Shown: piece after piece, positions 1 to 11,200 of the stretch
Layout: each line of letters starts with the position of its first letter
Position numbering within the stretch: the stretch's first letter is position 1
DNA from: Folioceros fuciformis
Lineage: Eukaryota
Length of the DNA: 52,280 nucleotides
Assembly: GCA_049999805.1 (NCBI GenBank)
Contig: JBNGIO010006314.1
Coordinates: forward strand, 266,173 to 318,452
Direction of reading: 5' to 3'
Position numbers and translations under genes: made by a program
Notes under the pieces: model-generated
What the model was told of the DNA's origin: nothing
Databases searched by the model: none
Seen by the model: the letters and a program-made list of their open reading frames with translations, nothing else

Positions 1-1915
1 CCCTCTTTCTAACTATAGCCGTTGGCCACTAGCCTTGCTTTATAACGTATGTGGGGCTCAACCTCTTGAAACTTTGTTTTGAGTACCCACTTGCACTTGA
101 CAGTTGTCCTTCCTGGGGGTAGATCCACTAATGCCCAAGTGTTATTCTTGACTAAAGAGTTATACTTAACGTCAACAGCCAGTTTCAGCTTGTTAGCCTC
201 AGGTCTAGCATATGCTTCATGAAGTGTGAGAGGATCTCCCTCTGAAACAGCAGAACTCATAGCAAAAGAATAGGCAGCTGGATAGAGATCTGTATAACCA
301 GCTTGATTGAACTCCAAGTCAAATGGCTTCTCATGCCAGAGGTGTCTTGGTAGTCTCTGACGCGTAGGATACCTACACTCAGGAACAACTACTTCAGGTC
401 TTGGGGGTGATGGAGGCGGTAAAGGAATGTCTGGAGCCGCACCAACATGTATGTCCCCTTAATCCAAAGGCATCTGCCCTTGTGCATCATCCATGGGCCA
501 ATCATCTTCCCCGTCTCAAGCAGGAACCGGAAGAACCGGAACTGCTTGAGGTAGAGGAGCAATGGCAGGGACAAGGACAACACTAGCAGGAAAAGACGAG
601 GGGCTTAAATCAAAGTGAACAGAAAAGCCGTGAGTAGAGCGGGGACGGGTGTGGATAGAAGCTAAAACATCATCCTCATCCAGAAGCGGACCAGAGGAGA
701 GAATGCTTGCCTCATTGAAAGTGACAGTCCGAGCATAAACAGGAGTCCGAGTAGCCACGTCAATCAACTTGTACGCCTTGTGATCCTCACCATTACCCAC
801 AAACACCAGCTTTTGTGCTCGGGAAGAAAGCTTATCACGGAGCTAGGAGGGGACATAGGCATAAGCAGGAGAGCCAAAGATGCGCAAATGTGTGATCAAA
901 GGCTTGTACCCATGCCAGCACTCGAAATGAGAACCATGGACTTGGTAAGTAACCTGCTCTTGATGTAGGCTGCCGTAGAGACTGCCTCAGCCCAGAAAGA
1001 CTTAGGCAAGCGAGACTAGGCTAACATAGCTCGTGCCATGGCCATGAGGTCGCCATTGGCCTTCTCAGCAACACCATTCTGAGCAGAAGTGTAGGGAACA
1101 ATGAATTGTCTCAAGATCCCACGCTCCTCACAATAGTCTTTGAACCGTTGGTTGTTGAGTTCTCCCGCATTGTTGGATCTGATGCACTGCAGCTTGCATC
1201 CAGTGTGCAACTCGGCCATAGAAACAAAAGGTGAGAACAAAGCAAAGGAGACACTCTTGAGACGAAGTGGGTACGCAAAGGAGTAGCGAGAATAATCATC
1301 CACTATCGTCATAAAATGGCGTGCTCCGCCTAAAGAAGTAACAGCGAGAGGTCCACACAAGTCTACGTGAACTAACTCCAAATGCTAAGAAGCCCTATGA
1401 GCAAGAAGACTAGAGTAGGGAGAGCTCCGCTGCTTGGCGAGCACACACGCTTCATAAAGAGGTGGTGTCTTGGCCAAGGAGGGCAACTTATCTCGATACA
1501 AGTCCTGCTGTGTCATGGCAAGGAGCTTGGCAGGATTGAGGTGCCCAAGACGTCAATGCCAAAGTTGAGCATTCCCGGATGGAAGGAGCCCAAGTGGTGA
1601 GGCAACCTTAGAAGATGCTACCACTGCAGCAAGTGTAGTGTACACAGAGGTGCCAGTGAAGATGTAGAGATCACTTTGGGGCTGCCCTCTGGCTACAACT
1701 TGCCTTGGCTGAGAGGAATGATAGAGGAAACAATCCTCACATCCAAATTCCAGCCGAAAAGCTCCATCAAGCAGAAGTTGGCGAACGCATATCAAATTTT
1801 TAGCTATCTACGGGACGTGGAGCACACTATTTAACACAAGGGAGGAACCATCCTCCACTGTGAATGTCACGGAAACCAACTCCAGCAATAGCAAGGCCAG
1901 AGTCATCACCCAACA
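1..1915 (-). mobile_element. Degenerate Ty1/Copia retrotransposon pol fragment (GAG-pre-integrase, integrase core, SH3-like region, start of RT)
   Basis: Minus-strand ORF pieces: LELVHVDLCGP...SLGGARHFMTIVDDYSRY...PYTSAQNGVAEKAN (integrase, 1016-1381); FVGNGEDHKAYKLID (516-806); NNTWALVDLPPGRTTVKCKWVLKTK...RYKARLVANGYS (Copia RT N-terminus, 9-317). Broken by stops and frameshifts; continues beyond the window start. Confidence 0.93.
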
Positions 1916-1919
1916 ACAC

Positions 1920-2301
1920 AAAACACCTTAAACCCATTTTTCTCCATCATATCACTAAACTCTAAATCTACTTAGCTCTGCCGTATCGCTAAACCCTAAA
2001 TCGGCACTAAGACCTAAACCTATTTGGCTCCATGATGCTGATAAAACCCTCATCCATTTTTCTCCACCATGTCATTAAACCCTAAACCCACTGTGCTATG
2101 CTATATTGCTAAACTTTAAACTCGTTTTGCTCCGTCGTGCCGCTAAACCCTAAACCCATTTTTCTCTGCCATGACATTAAAACCTACAACTATTCTCCTC
2201 CGCCATGCCCTAAATCCTTGATGCTGCTACCATGCGCCATGCCACTAAACCCTACACCCATTCTCTTCCATGCTACTAAACCCTACACCCATTCTCTTCC
2301 G
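1920..2301 (+). repeat. Degenerate minisatellite with plant telomere-like cores (TAAACCCTAAACCC), left part
   Basis: Repeated ~35-40 nt units containing aaaccctaaacccat...ccatg; clean TAAACCCTAAACCC cores near 2076 and 2144. Confidence 0.75.
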
Positions 2302-4343
2302 TGTGGAACGGAAAAGTTTGGTAATCGCTATAGGAAAGTCTAACTTGGTTTCTTTTTGTTCAGAATAGTTCGAAGGGAGGCATGTGGAAGGTAGGTTTCT
2401 GGGCAAGTGCCCATGGTAGGTAGTGAGCGGCTAGTGAAGGTTTTTATGGAGTTTTTTAGTTCTATTCTGGTAGGTTAGAATAAGAAGATACCTACATAGT
2501 AGAATGTCTACCTACATACGTAGAGAGAGTACCTACATGGAGAAAATGGAAGATCCTTATGTAGGTAGGGAAGGTACTTATGCAGTAGATACCCCACCTA
2601 CGACAATGGGGTAGGCTGTCTACCTACGACAATGGGTGGGAATGGTAGGGAACCTACCTACGAGAAGAGTGGTAGGGACCTACCTACGAAGGGATCAACA
2701 GGGACCCTACCTATGGACGAAACATTCCCACCCTACGTAGGGAAGGAACCTCAAGTTGAGGAACAAGGGGATCCCTCCCCTACCAAACCTGTAGGTGGTG
2801 GTGAAGGGAGAGCCCAAGAGATCCACATAGAGGAAGGTACGGTGGAAGCTCGTGGATCCAAAAGAAGACAAATCCCAATAATGCAGGGGGGCCCAGTGGC
2901 TCAGCCTTCAGACTCTGCCTCCCTTCATGAGCCATCCTAGCCACACCTTTTTGAAAAGGGGGTCAGCAAATCTTCTATGGCGGCACCGACAGTCCTAATC
3001 TTCATCGGCGAGCACTGCCTTAGCAATTATTGGTAGGACTTAGCTCCTTGGTAGGTGTGCGCAATTAAAGTTGGTGGCGCCTAGTGTGAGAGAAGGGTAG
3101 CCCACCACCTACATATAGGAGAGGGTTCATGTGTCGATCTCTCCTATAAGGAAGGGCTACACAATGAAATGAACCACCACATTCTGCACAATTCTCACGA
3201 CAAGTTCTCATGCTCAGCAGAGCGTAGGAATCTCGTTGCCTGCTGTGTGCCATCATAGTGCCTGGTTGTGGCTAGAGTTGTAGTGGTCGAAATGCTTGGC
3301 AGAGGGCTCATATTATTCCATGGGCACCCCTGCAAGTTGCTTCCCTTGTGAATGGTTGTGTGCTACTGTAGGTGTTTGGCAATACCTGTATGACTGTTGG
3401 CTTGAGGGTAGACTCCTGCGAAAGACTCCTTAGAAGTTCTCGCTAATAAGCACAAGCACGCAATAACCGGCCCAAGGAAAAACTTGTTGGGGCGTTCTTG
3501 GATTGTAAGTGTTTTGTGACAAATAATGAATCAACTTTCGTAAGCCTACGTGGACATCCTGGCAGAAAGGGGAGCTGTGAGTGCCCTTTCTGTTGCTGAT
3601 CGTAAAGGTTCTTGTGATGTCTGGTTGCGAGTGTTGAACGTAGGGAGACGAGCAGTTGGATCACTGTGGAAGGTGTTGCAAGGAGACTTGTGAGGAAGGG
3701 GTGTTGGGTGTAGGTAGTTAGAAATTGGTAGGGGAAGTACTAGGGCCCTTCCAAGTGAAGGAATGGTGCCTTCCTACCGACTGGACGTGTTGAAGGTATG
3801 TGCTAGGGAAGGTTGAATGTCGAAGGTGAGCGATAAACACAGTTCGAGGGAGCGGAGCAGGTTCGGAGGAAAACTTGGTCGTTGGGCGTAGGGAGATCAG
3901 CAGCTAGATTGTGGGTTGAGGAAGGTGTTGTAGGGAGCCTTGTGAGGAAAAGTTATTGAGTGTAGGCAAGTAGAAATCGGTAAGGAAGGTACTGGGGCCC
4001 TTCCAAATGAAGGAATGGTGCCTACTTACTGACTAGACGTGAGGAAGGTGTTGTAGGGAGCCTTGTGAGGAAAAGTTATTGAGTGTAGGGAGGTACAAAT
4101 CGGTAAAGGAAGATACTGGGGCCTTTCCAAGTAAAGGAATGGTGCCTACCTATTGACTGGACATGTTGCAGGATTGGTAGGTACGTGATTGGGAGGGTTG
4201 ACTATTGTAGGGGAACGATATATGTAGCTGACCAGGCTCAGAGGAGAGTGATTCCGGGGAAGCCTACAATGACCGTGGGATTGATGTGGCTATGATACAT
4301 GTGAGCGGGTGCCTGGTAGGGATACCACACCCGCTTGCCCACA
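2302..4343. mobile_element. Solo-LTR-like insertion (~2.04 kb)
   Basis: Begins TGTGG and ends CCACA (short terminal inverted repeat). It interrupts the telomere-like satellite, which resumes at 4344. Flanks TTCCG and CTCCA resemble a decayed 5-bp TSD (CTCCG). Internal ~120-bp repeats start near 3668, 3920 and 4043. No recognisable coding domain. Confidence 0.65.
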
Positions 4344-4450
4344 CTCCACCATGCCCTAAATCATTTTTGCTGCTACCATGCTTCTAAACTATAAACCCCT
4401 ATTGCTCTGCCATGCTGCTAAACCCTAAACCTTACTTGCTTGCTCGACCA
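4344..4450 (+). repeat. Telomere-like satellite, right part
   Basis: ccatgccctaaatc...gctgctaccatg matches the unit at 2203-2234; taaaccctaaacc near 4418. Confidence 0.7.
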
Positions 4451-4535
4451 TGTCTTCATACCACTTTCATCTACTATACCATTCCTATAAGCAATCCTAC
4501 GCTACCCTTACACCACTCATACTAATTTATATTGC

Positions 4536-4860
4536 TCCTCTAACATACCATCACATCCCTCATTCCCCTCTACCTCTAACATATCATCACATCACTCATT
4601 CCCTTCTACCTCTAACATATCATCGCATCCCTCACTCCCCTCTACCTCTAAATACCATCACATCTCTCATTCCCGTCTACCTCTAACATACCATCACATC
4701 CCTCATTCCCCTCTACCTCTAACATACGATTGCATCGCTCTTTCTCCTCTACCTCTAACATACCATCACATCGTTCATTCCCCTCTATCTCTCTTGAGCC
4801 ATGCTCTACACCGCTCCTACGTATACTCTCAGTCCCTTCTACTTGTAACATACCATCACA
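4536..4860 (+). repeat. ~36-bp pyrimidine-rich minisatellite
   Basis: About 7 tandem units of ctacctctaacataccatcacatccctcattcccct, then degenerate copies. Confidence 0.85.
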
Positions 4861-5146
4861 AATGGTTCATTCACTTGTATCTCTCATGAGCCATGCTCTA
4901 CACCACTCCTACGTATACGGCCACTCTACTCCACCGTAGGCCACACCACTCCACCGTAGCACCATCAACTCTAGTAAGACATTCTTTTACTTCTTTTTTT
5001 TGCCCTAAAAATTTTCTTTTCTGATCTCATAATTTATGACTCACTAATCCTCCTACTCAATTATCCTATACTGATCATCCTTTTAGATTTGATATTTACC
5101 TTTAAGAAAAGTATTTATATTTTTACAAAAAGAGTGTGCGTCAAAA

Positions 5147-5219
5147 GGGGATGTAGCTCAGATGGTAGAGCGCTCGCTTAGCATGCGAGAGGTACGGGGA
5201 TCGATACCCCGCATCTCCA
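5147..5219 (+). tRNA. tRNA-Ala (AGC)
   Basis: GGGGATGTAGCTCAGATGGTAGAGCGCTCGCTTAGCATGCGAGAGGTACGGGGATCGATACCCCGCATCTCCA forms a full cloverleaf with anticodon loop TT-AGC-AT. Upstream TATA-like and CAA elements, downstream T4 run. Confidence 0.97.
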
Positions 5220-5280
5220 ATATTTTCAACGACGTGGCTGAAATGAATTGTCATCTTTTGGCCCTGCAAGGTCAGTGCAC

Positions 5281-5820
5281 ATGGGCAGCATTATGGGGGA
5301 AGCGCGAGCGGAGCATCCCTTTCTCTACCGAGTTAGCGACGAGCGCGAGTGGAAGACTACCAACGCGGATGGACAGTTGGTGGGAAGTGACCTGGATCGC
5401 TCCAGCGGCTTCATTCATCTCAGTACCTTTTCACAGGTCTGCCAATACTTGTGTCCTTGCCGCCTGGCCTGCAGAGATTTCTCCGCTTCAATGTTGTGAA
5501 ATGCTCCAGGTGAAAGGAGTGCTGGAGCTTTTCTTCAGCGGCAGGGACGATCTCTATCTGCTCAAAATCGACGCATCCAAGGTAATGGATTGAACATCAC
5601 ACCAGTTGTGATAGTGGGCCAGTGCTCCTCTTTTCACCTCACTCTCCTGTTCGCAACGCAGCTGGGAGCCGGTCTCAGGTACGAACACGTTGAGGAGGTT
5701 GGCCAGGTTTTTCCACACTTCTACGGTGCTGGAGACACCTGTGCCGCAATACCCCTTTCTCTTATTGTTGAATGGACGCAGCTTCAGCTGTCGGAAGGCA
5801 AGCACGTCCTACCTCCTTGA
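5281..5820 (+). CDS. DUF952 family protein (exons 5281-5436, 5510-5581, 5662-5820)
   Basis: Spliced product FLYRVS..EW...G...GSDLDRSSGFIHLSTFSQ|VKGVLELFFSGRDDLYLLKIDASK|LGAGLRYE...FPHFYG...IPLS carries the DUF952 signatures (GFIHLS, FPHxYG). GT-AG introns keep the frame. Confidence 0.88.
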
Positions 5821-6284
5821 GGTGCTACGTCTGAGAAGCGGGCCTGTCGCGTTTTCACCTGGATGTATTGGATTGCGCGTCGTTCTGTGATTATGATTAT
5901 GTGACCTTACCTACTGTGCATTCCAACAAGAGATGGAGAGTGTGATGTCTTATCCCTCATGTGGACGGGCACGCTAGGCCACCTGGTACCCCGTACCACA
6001 CACGGTTTCCATGAAGACTATTCGAATTGCATACTACTAAACAGCAGCTCTACAGGTAGCTGAATCTCGCTCTCTCGACGAGAGCCACATCAAAAGCACT
6101 CCTGGATCACGCTCTCAACAACAAACTCACAGAAGAACCCACGAATCGCAACCTCACCGTCTCCAAGAAGCACGCAAAACCAAGTAGACGTATACGGATC
6201 TGTGAGACTACCAAAGAAGCAGCTAAGGCAACGGCGGTCCAGACACGTACAATCGCATCACAGGCCCCTGATTCGACGATGAAC

Positions 6285-6358
6285 CAGCCCATCAGATATT
6301 GTGTGTGATAATGATCATCACATATCAGCATTGCAGAACATCTATCATCCTTGGGCTG
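6285..6358 (-). ncRNA. Candidate box C/D snoRNA (possible guide for the 5.8S rRNA site equivalent to Gm75)
   Basis: Minus strand reads CAGCCCA-agg-ATGATA(C-like)-gatgTTCTGCAATg-CTGA(D')-tat-GTGATGA(C')-...-CTGA(D)-TGGGCTG, with a 7-bp terminal stem. The D' guide is complementary to 5.8S AUUGCAGAA. Confidence 0.55.
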
Positions 6359-6552
6359 TCACTTGGTGTCACCTGAAAGACATAAAGAACGAAGTCCCAC
6401 ACTTTCCCACACTTTCCCACACACCAGTATCAAGCTTACACGATACCGATGCACGAAAGTATCCTTTACTCGAAACAGATACCTAGTGAACTAGTGACCT
6501 TCATTGGTCACAATTTCTCAAAACAATTCAAGAATGATCACCCCGCCTAAAC

Positions 6553-7232
6553 CTAAGATTGAGCTTTGGTAGCTTGCTTCTCCTTGGACTTCTGAATTTT
6601 CAACACCTTCTTCACAATCTTCTGCTCCTCCACAAGGAAGGCACGAATGATCCTGCGCCCCAGATGCCAGCACAACGTAAACACAAAGCCACAACCACAT
6701 CAAAATCACAGAGTGCTATTGCATCCACCACAGCTCAGCTTGGCGTGACAACCCTACCTCTCCCGAACAGCGGAACCACACATATTTCCGCCATAAGCGC
6801 GATTCACAGTCTTCCTGTGTCTGTGCAACCTGCCAGTCCTGTACTCAGCTGGCCTCAAATGAGGGATCTGGAGTTCACCAACATAGAGAGCGTATGTCAG
6901 GACGTCAGCGCACCCACATCTCCACAACCCCATCAAGACCTAAAAGCGTAGACTGCTGGTCAGCGGCCTCACCCCGGGAATACGCTTCCCCGTGACAGAG
7001 CAAATGGGCCCTTTTGCCCTCTTTTTGGCGGTCTGGAAGACGAGCTTCCCACCTGAAGGCCAAAGCAATGAAAAACGTCAACACAAACTTCGGCAGATTC
7101 ACCCTCTGCTCATCGACACCGTTCGACAATTACAATCTACTCGCGTATCGTACCTGGAGTCTTCACGACACGAGTCTGGTTCGACTTGGTGGCATAGCAG
7201 TGCCGCCGCCGGTACGTAAGCCTTTGCACCAT
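6553..7232 (-). CDS. RPL34: 60S ribosomal protein L34 (eL34); exons 7232-7154, 7052-6973, 6867-6758, 6652-6553
   Basis: Spliced translation [62 protein letters not shown]...[51 protein letters not shown]; canonical GT-AG introns. Confidence 0.96.
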
Positions 7233-8231
7233 TGTTCCTCAAGCCTAAACCACGCTCCCAGAAGCTGGATCTGTCAGCGTGTGAATTGCCTACCAAATAA
7301 AACCTTGATGATCTGTCGTCCGAAAACTGAAACCGACTGCCCTTTAGGTGCCGACTTCAACCTACGTTTTGATTCTAAAAAAACACGGTATGCATAGGTA
7401 TTTCGATACCAAAGTGCTTCTCTATTTTCCGAATTTCTTGAATCTTAGTCTTCCAATTCTAGTCTTCTTTAGTGAAGGTCCTGATGCCTTCTGATGCATC
7501 ATGCGGACATGGACCTTCTCGCTGGCCGCTTGCATCGTCATGTCGTTCCAGGACCAAGTCGACGGAGGAGATGTACGAAATCCCAAAGCTTTGTGATTCC
7601 AACACCTGCTGTTTTGGAGCCACGCTCTGTGCTCACTTTTCCTCAGATTGGTCTTGGTTAGTTACGCCTGTTGGCCTAATATTCTGCGTCACATGAACCC
7701 GTTGTATTCCACATAGTGCTCTTGCACCCCTATGGACAAAGTCATGCCGCCACAGGGCTTCTGGGTTCTGGAGGTCCTCTACCCGAAGTGCGTTGACTTG
7801 TTGGACCAGAACATAGATGTGAATCGCCTGGAACGGAGGAGGGACGAGAGACGTTTAAATCGTATCATCTGGAAATTACTTTGGCCAGGATACGAAACAT
7901 CCAACGCCACGAGATCAAGATCTGGAGGACAAGCATATGCTTTCACCTGGGGCTCCAAGCAACCACCTCGGAGGAAGTGGAGAATGCGAAACGGGCACGG
8001 GACTTGGAGTTGCCCATTCAAACAACGGGAAAACGAGGAGGCAGCTGCAATTTTGAGTGCGCTCGACCAAGGATTCAATTCCGATGGACAAAGCTGTCCA
8101 GTCCAAAGGCGATGCGGGTCCAAGCTGCTCCGTTCAGTTCATGGGCTCGGGGCCTTCCCTGGGCGGAGGCAAGGCACAATCACGAACTAGATTGGCGTAT
8201 TCTGCTTCCGGGATTGCTCAACTCTTACGAA

Positions 8232-11200
8232 ATGGGGGTAACGGCTGACACTGTGAGAAAGCTATGTCATCTGAGCCAGCTAGCTGAGGCTGTGGAAGCT
8301 TTGGGAATTCTTGTGCAGAAGAACAGTTGGGGCTCCAAATCTGTCTTCTATGACGTGCTAAGGAGATGTGTTGTCGAAAAAGATATTGTTTTGGGTCGTC
8401 GAGTCCATGCTCTCACGCTGAAAAAGGGGTACGAGTCGGACACGTTCCTGTGCAACCACATTATCCGAATGTATGCTTCACATGGCAGTTTGCAAGACGC
8501 AATGTATGTGTTCACTCTGGTTGCCCAGCCAGATGCCTTCATGTGGTCGTCCATAATCTGTGCGCATGTTCAACATGGGCAAGGCAATCAGGCCATTAAA
8601 CTCTATCATCAGATGCGGGGTTCAGGGGTGAAGCCTGATGGCCATGTATACGTTGCAGCCATTCAGGCTTGCGCAAGGGTACCCGACTTGAAAACTGGCC
8701 AGCTGGTGCATGCTGATGTGTTGGCTTCTGGCCTTGACAGTAATCAGTTCGTCTGTAGTTGCCTGGTGGACATGTATGCCAAGTGTGGGAGCTTAGAGAG
8801 TGCCCAGGATGTGTTTGATAGACTTGGCCCCAAGAATGTGGTAATTTGGAATACTATGATTGCAGGGTATTCTCAGCATGGCAGAGGCCTGGAAGCCCTT
8901 CGTCTCTACAGTTCAATGGAAGAAGAAGGCATCGTTACACCAGACTGTGTGACATTTCTCTGCCTTTTGCAGGCATGTGCAAGTGTAGGCGCCCAAGGTT
9001 TGGAGAAGGGGAGGCAGTTTCATGTGCAAATCAGAGAACGAGGACATGAATCTGATGTGTCTCTAGCCAACAGTTTAGTAGACATGTATGCAAAGTGTGG
9101 GAGCTTGGAAGATGCTCGAATAGTGTTTGAGGCACTCGATACGAAAGATGTGGTGACATGGAATGCCATGATAGCAGGGTATTCCCAGCAGGGTATGGGA
9201 CAAGAAGCTCTTCATCTCTTCACTGTAATGCTAAAAGAAGGCTCCACTGTACCGAATTCGGTGACATATGCGTGCCTCCTGCAAGCATGTGCAAGTGTTG
9301 GGGCCCCAGCTTTGGACAAGGGGAAGCATCTCCATGCGCAAATTACAGAACGAGGGCACCAAGATGTGTTTGTATCTAACAGTTTGGTGAACATGTATGC
9401 AAAGTGTGGCAGCATGGAAGATGCACACAGAGTGTTTGACAGGCTTGTTCGTAAAAATGAGGTAACGTGGACGACTTTAATTGCAGGATATTCCCAGCGA
9501 GGCATGGGTCAGGAAGCCCTTTATCTGTACAGTGCTATGCAAGAGGCAGGCATGGCTGCACCCAATTCTGTTACATTTGTGTGTTTGCTGCAAGCATGTG
9601 CAAGTATCGGCACCCTGGCATTACAGAAAGGTAAGGAGCTTCATACACAAATTCGAGAACTGGGACACCATTCTGATCGCTTTGTAGGCAACAGTCTGGT
9701 GAACATGTATTTGCGGTGTGGCAGCTTGGTAGATGCTCAGAGAGTGTTCGACAGTATTGGCCAAAAAGATGTGGTTACGTGGAATGTCATGATAGCACAG
9801 TATTCCCAGCAGGGCATGGAGCAGGAAGCTCTTCATCTCTACAGTGCTATGCAAGAAGATGGGACTGCAGTGCCTGACTCCGTGACATTTGTGTGCCTTC
9901 TGCGGGCATGTGCAAATGTAGGCATTCCAGCCTTGGAGCAGGGAATGCAGATTCATTCACAAATTAGAGAACAAGGACATCAGACAGATATATTTGTAGC
10001 CAGCAGTTTGGTAAACATGTATGCAAAGTGCGGCAGCATAGATTATGCACGGATTGTCTTTGATGGACTCAGTCACAAGGATGAAGTGACATGGAATTCC
10101 ATGATAGCAGGCTATGCTCAGCAAGGCATGGGTCAGGATGCCCTTGATGTCTACAGTATCATGCTGAAGGAAAGCTCTGTTCGACCGAATTCCGTGACAT
10201 TTGTGTGCCTCCTGCAAGCTTGTGTGAGTGTAGGGATCCTGAGTTTGCAGACGGGAAAGGAGATTCATGCGCAAATTCGAGAACAAGGACATGAATGTAA
10301 TGGATTTGTGGCCAACAGTTTGATAAACATGTATGCAAAGTGTGGCAGCATAGAAGATGCACGTGGAGTGTTTGACAAACTGAGTCAAAAAGATGTGGTC
10401 ACGTGGAATGCCATGATTGCCGGGTATTCCCAGCAGGGCTTGGGTCGGGAGGCTCTTAGTGTGTACTGTGCTATGCAAGAAGATAGCATGGCTGTACCTG
10501 ATTCTATCACGTTTGTTTGCATTTTGCAGGCGTGTTCAATTCTAGGCAACCCAGCTTTGCAGACCGGGAAACAGCTGCACGCAGAAATTAAGGAGAGAGG
10601 GCTTCTAGGCAATGTATTTGTGACCAGCAGCTTGGTGAACATGTATGCAAAGTGTGGCAGCTTGGAGGACGCCATGAGGATATTTGATGGACTCAGTCAA
10701 AAAGATCTGGGAACATGGAATGCCATGATAGCAGGGTGTTCCCAGCAGGGCATGGGGCAAGAAGCGCTTCATATATACGGTGTCATGGAAGAAGGAGTTG
10801 TTATACCTGATTCTGTGACATTTTCGTGTCTTCTGCAGGCATGTGCAAGTGTAGGCACCTCAGCTCTAGAGAGGGGAAGGCAGATTCATAGGCAAATTAG
10901 AGAACATGGATATGAATATGATAGATTTGTATCTAATAGTTTGGTAAACATGTATGCAAAGTGTGGCAGCCTGGAGGATTCTCAGAGAGTATTTGAGAGG
11001 CTGGGTCAAAAAGATGAAGTGACCTGGACAGCGTTGATTGCAGGATATTCCAAGAGGGGCATGGCCCGGGAAGCCCTAAGTGTCTACCATGTTATGCAAG
11101 AGGATGGGCTGGCTGTGCCCGATTCTGTGACGTACGTGTGCCTCCTGCAGGCATGTGCAAGTGTGGGTAAGTCTGCTTTAGAGGAGGGAAAGCAGCTTCA

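Noticed and set aside
2632-2940. 102-aa ORF inside the solo-LTR-like element
   Set aside because: Low-complexity sequence with no recognisable domain.
4450-4939. ORFs 4450-4686, 4648-4851 and 4730-4939
   Set aside because: They are translations of the 36-bp minisatellite.
5162-5593. 143-aa ORF beginning MVERSLSMREVRGSIPRIS
   Set aside because: It reads through the tRNA-Ala gene and a DUF952 intron; only its end coincides with true exon 2.
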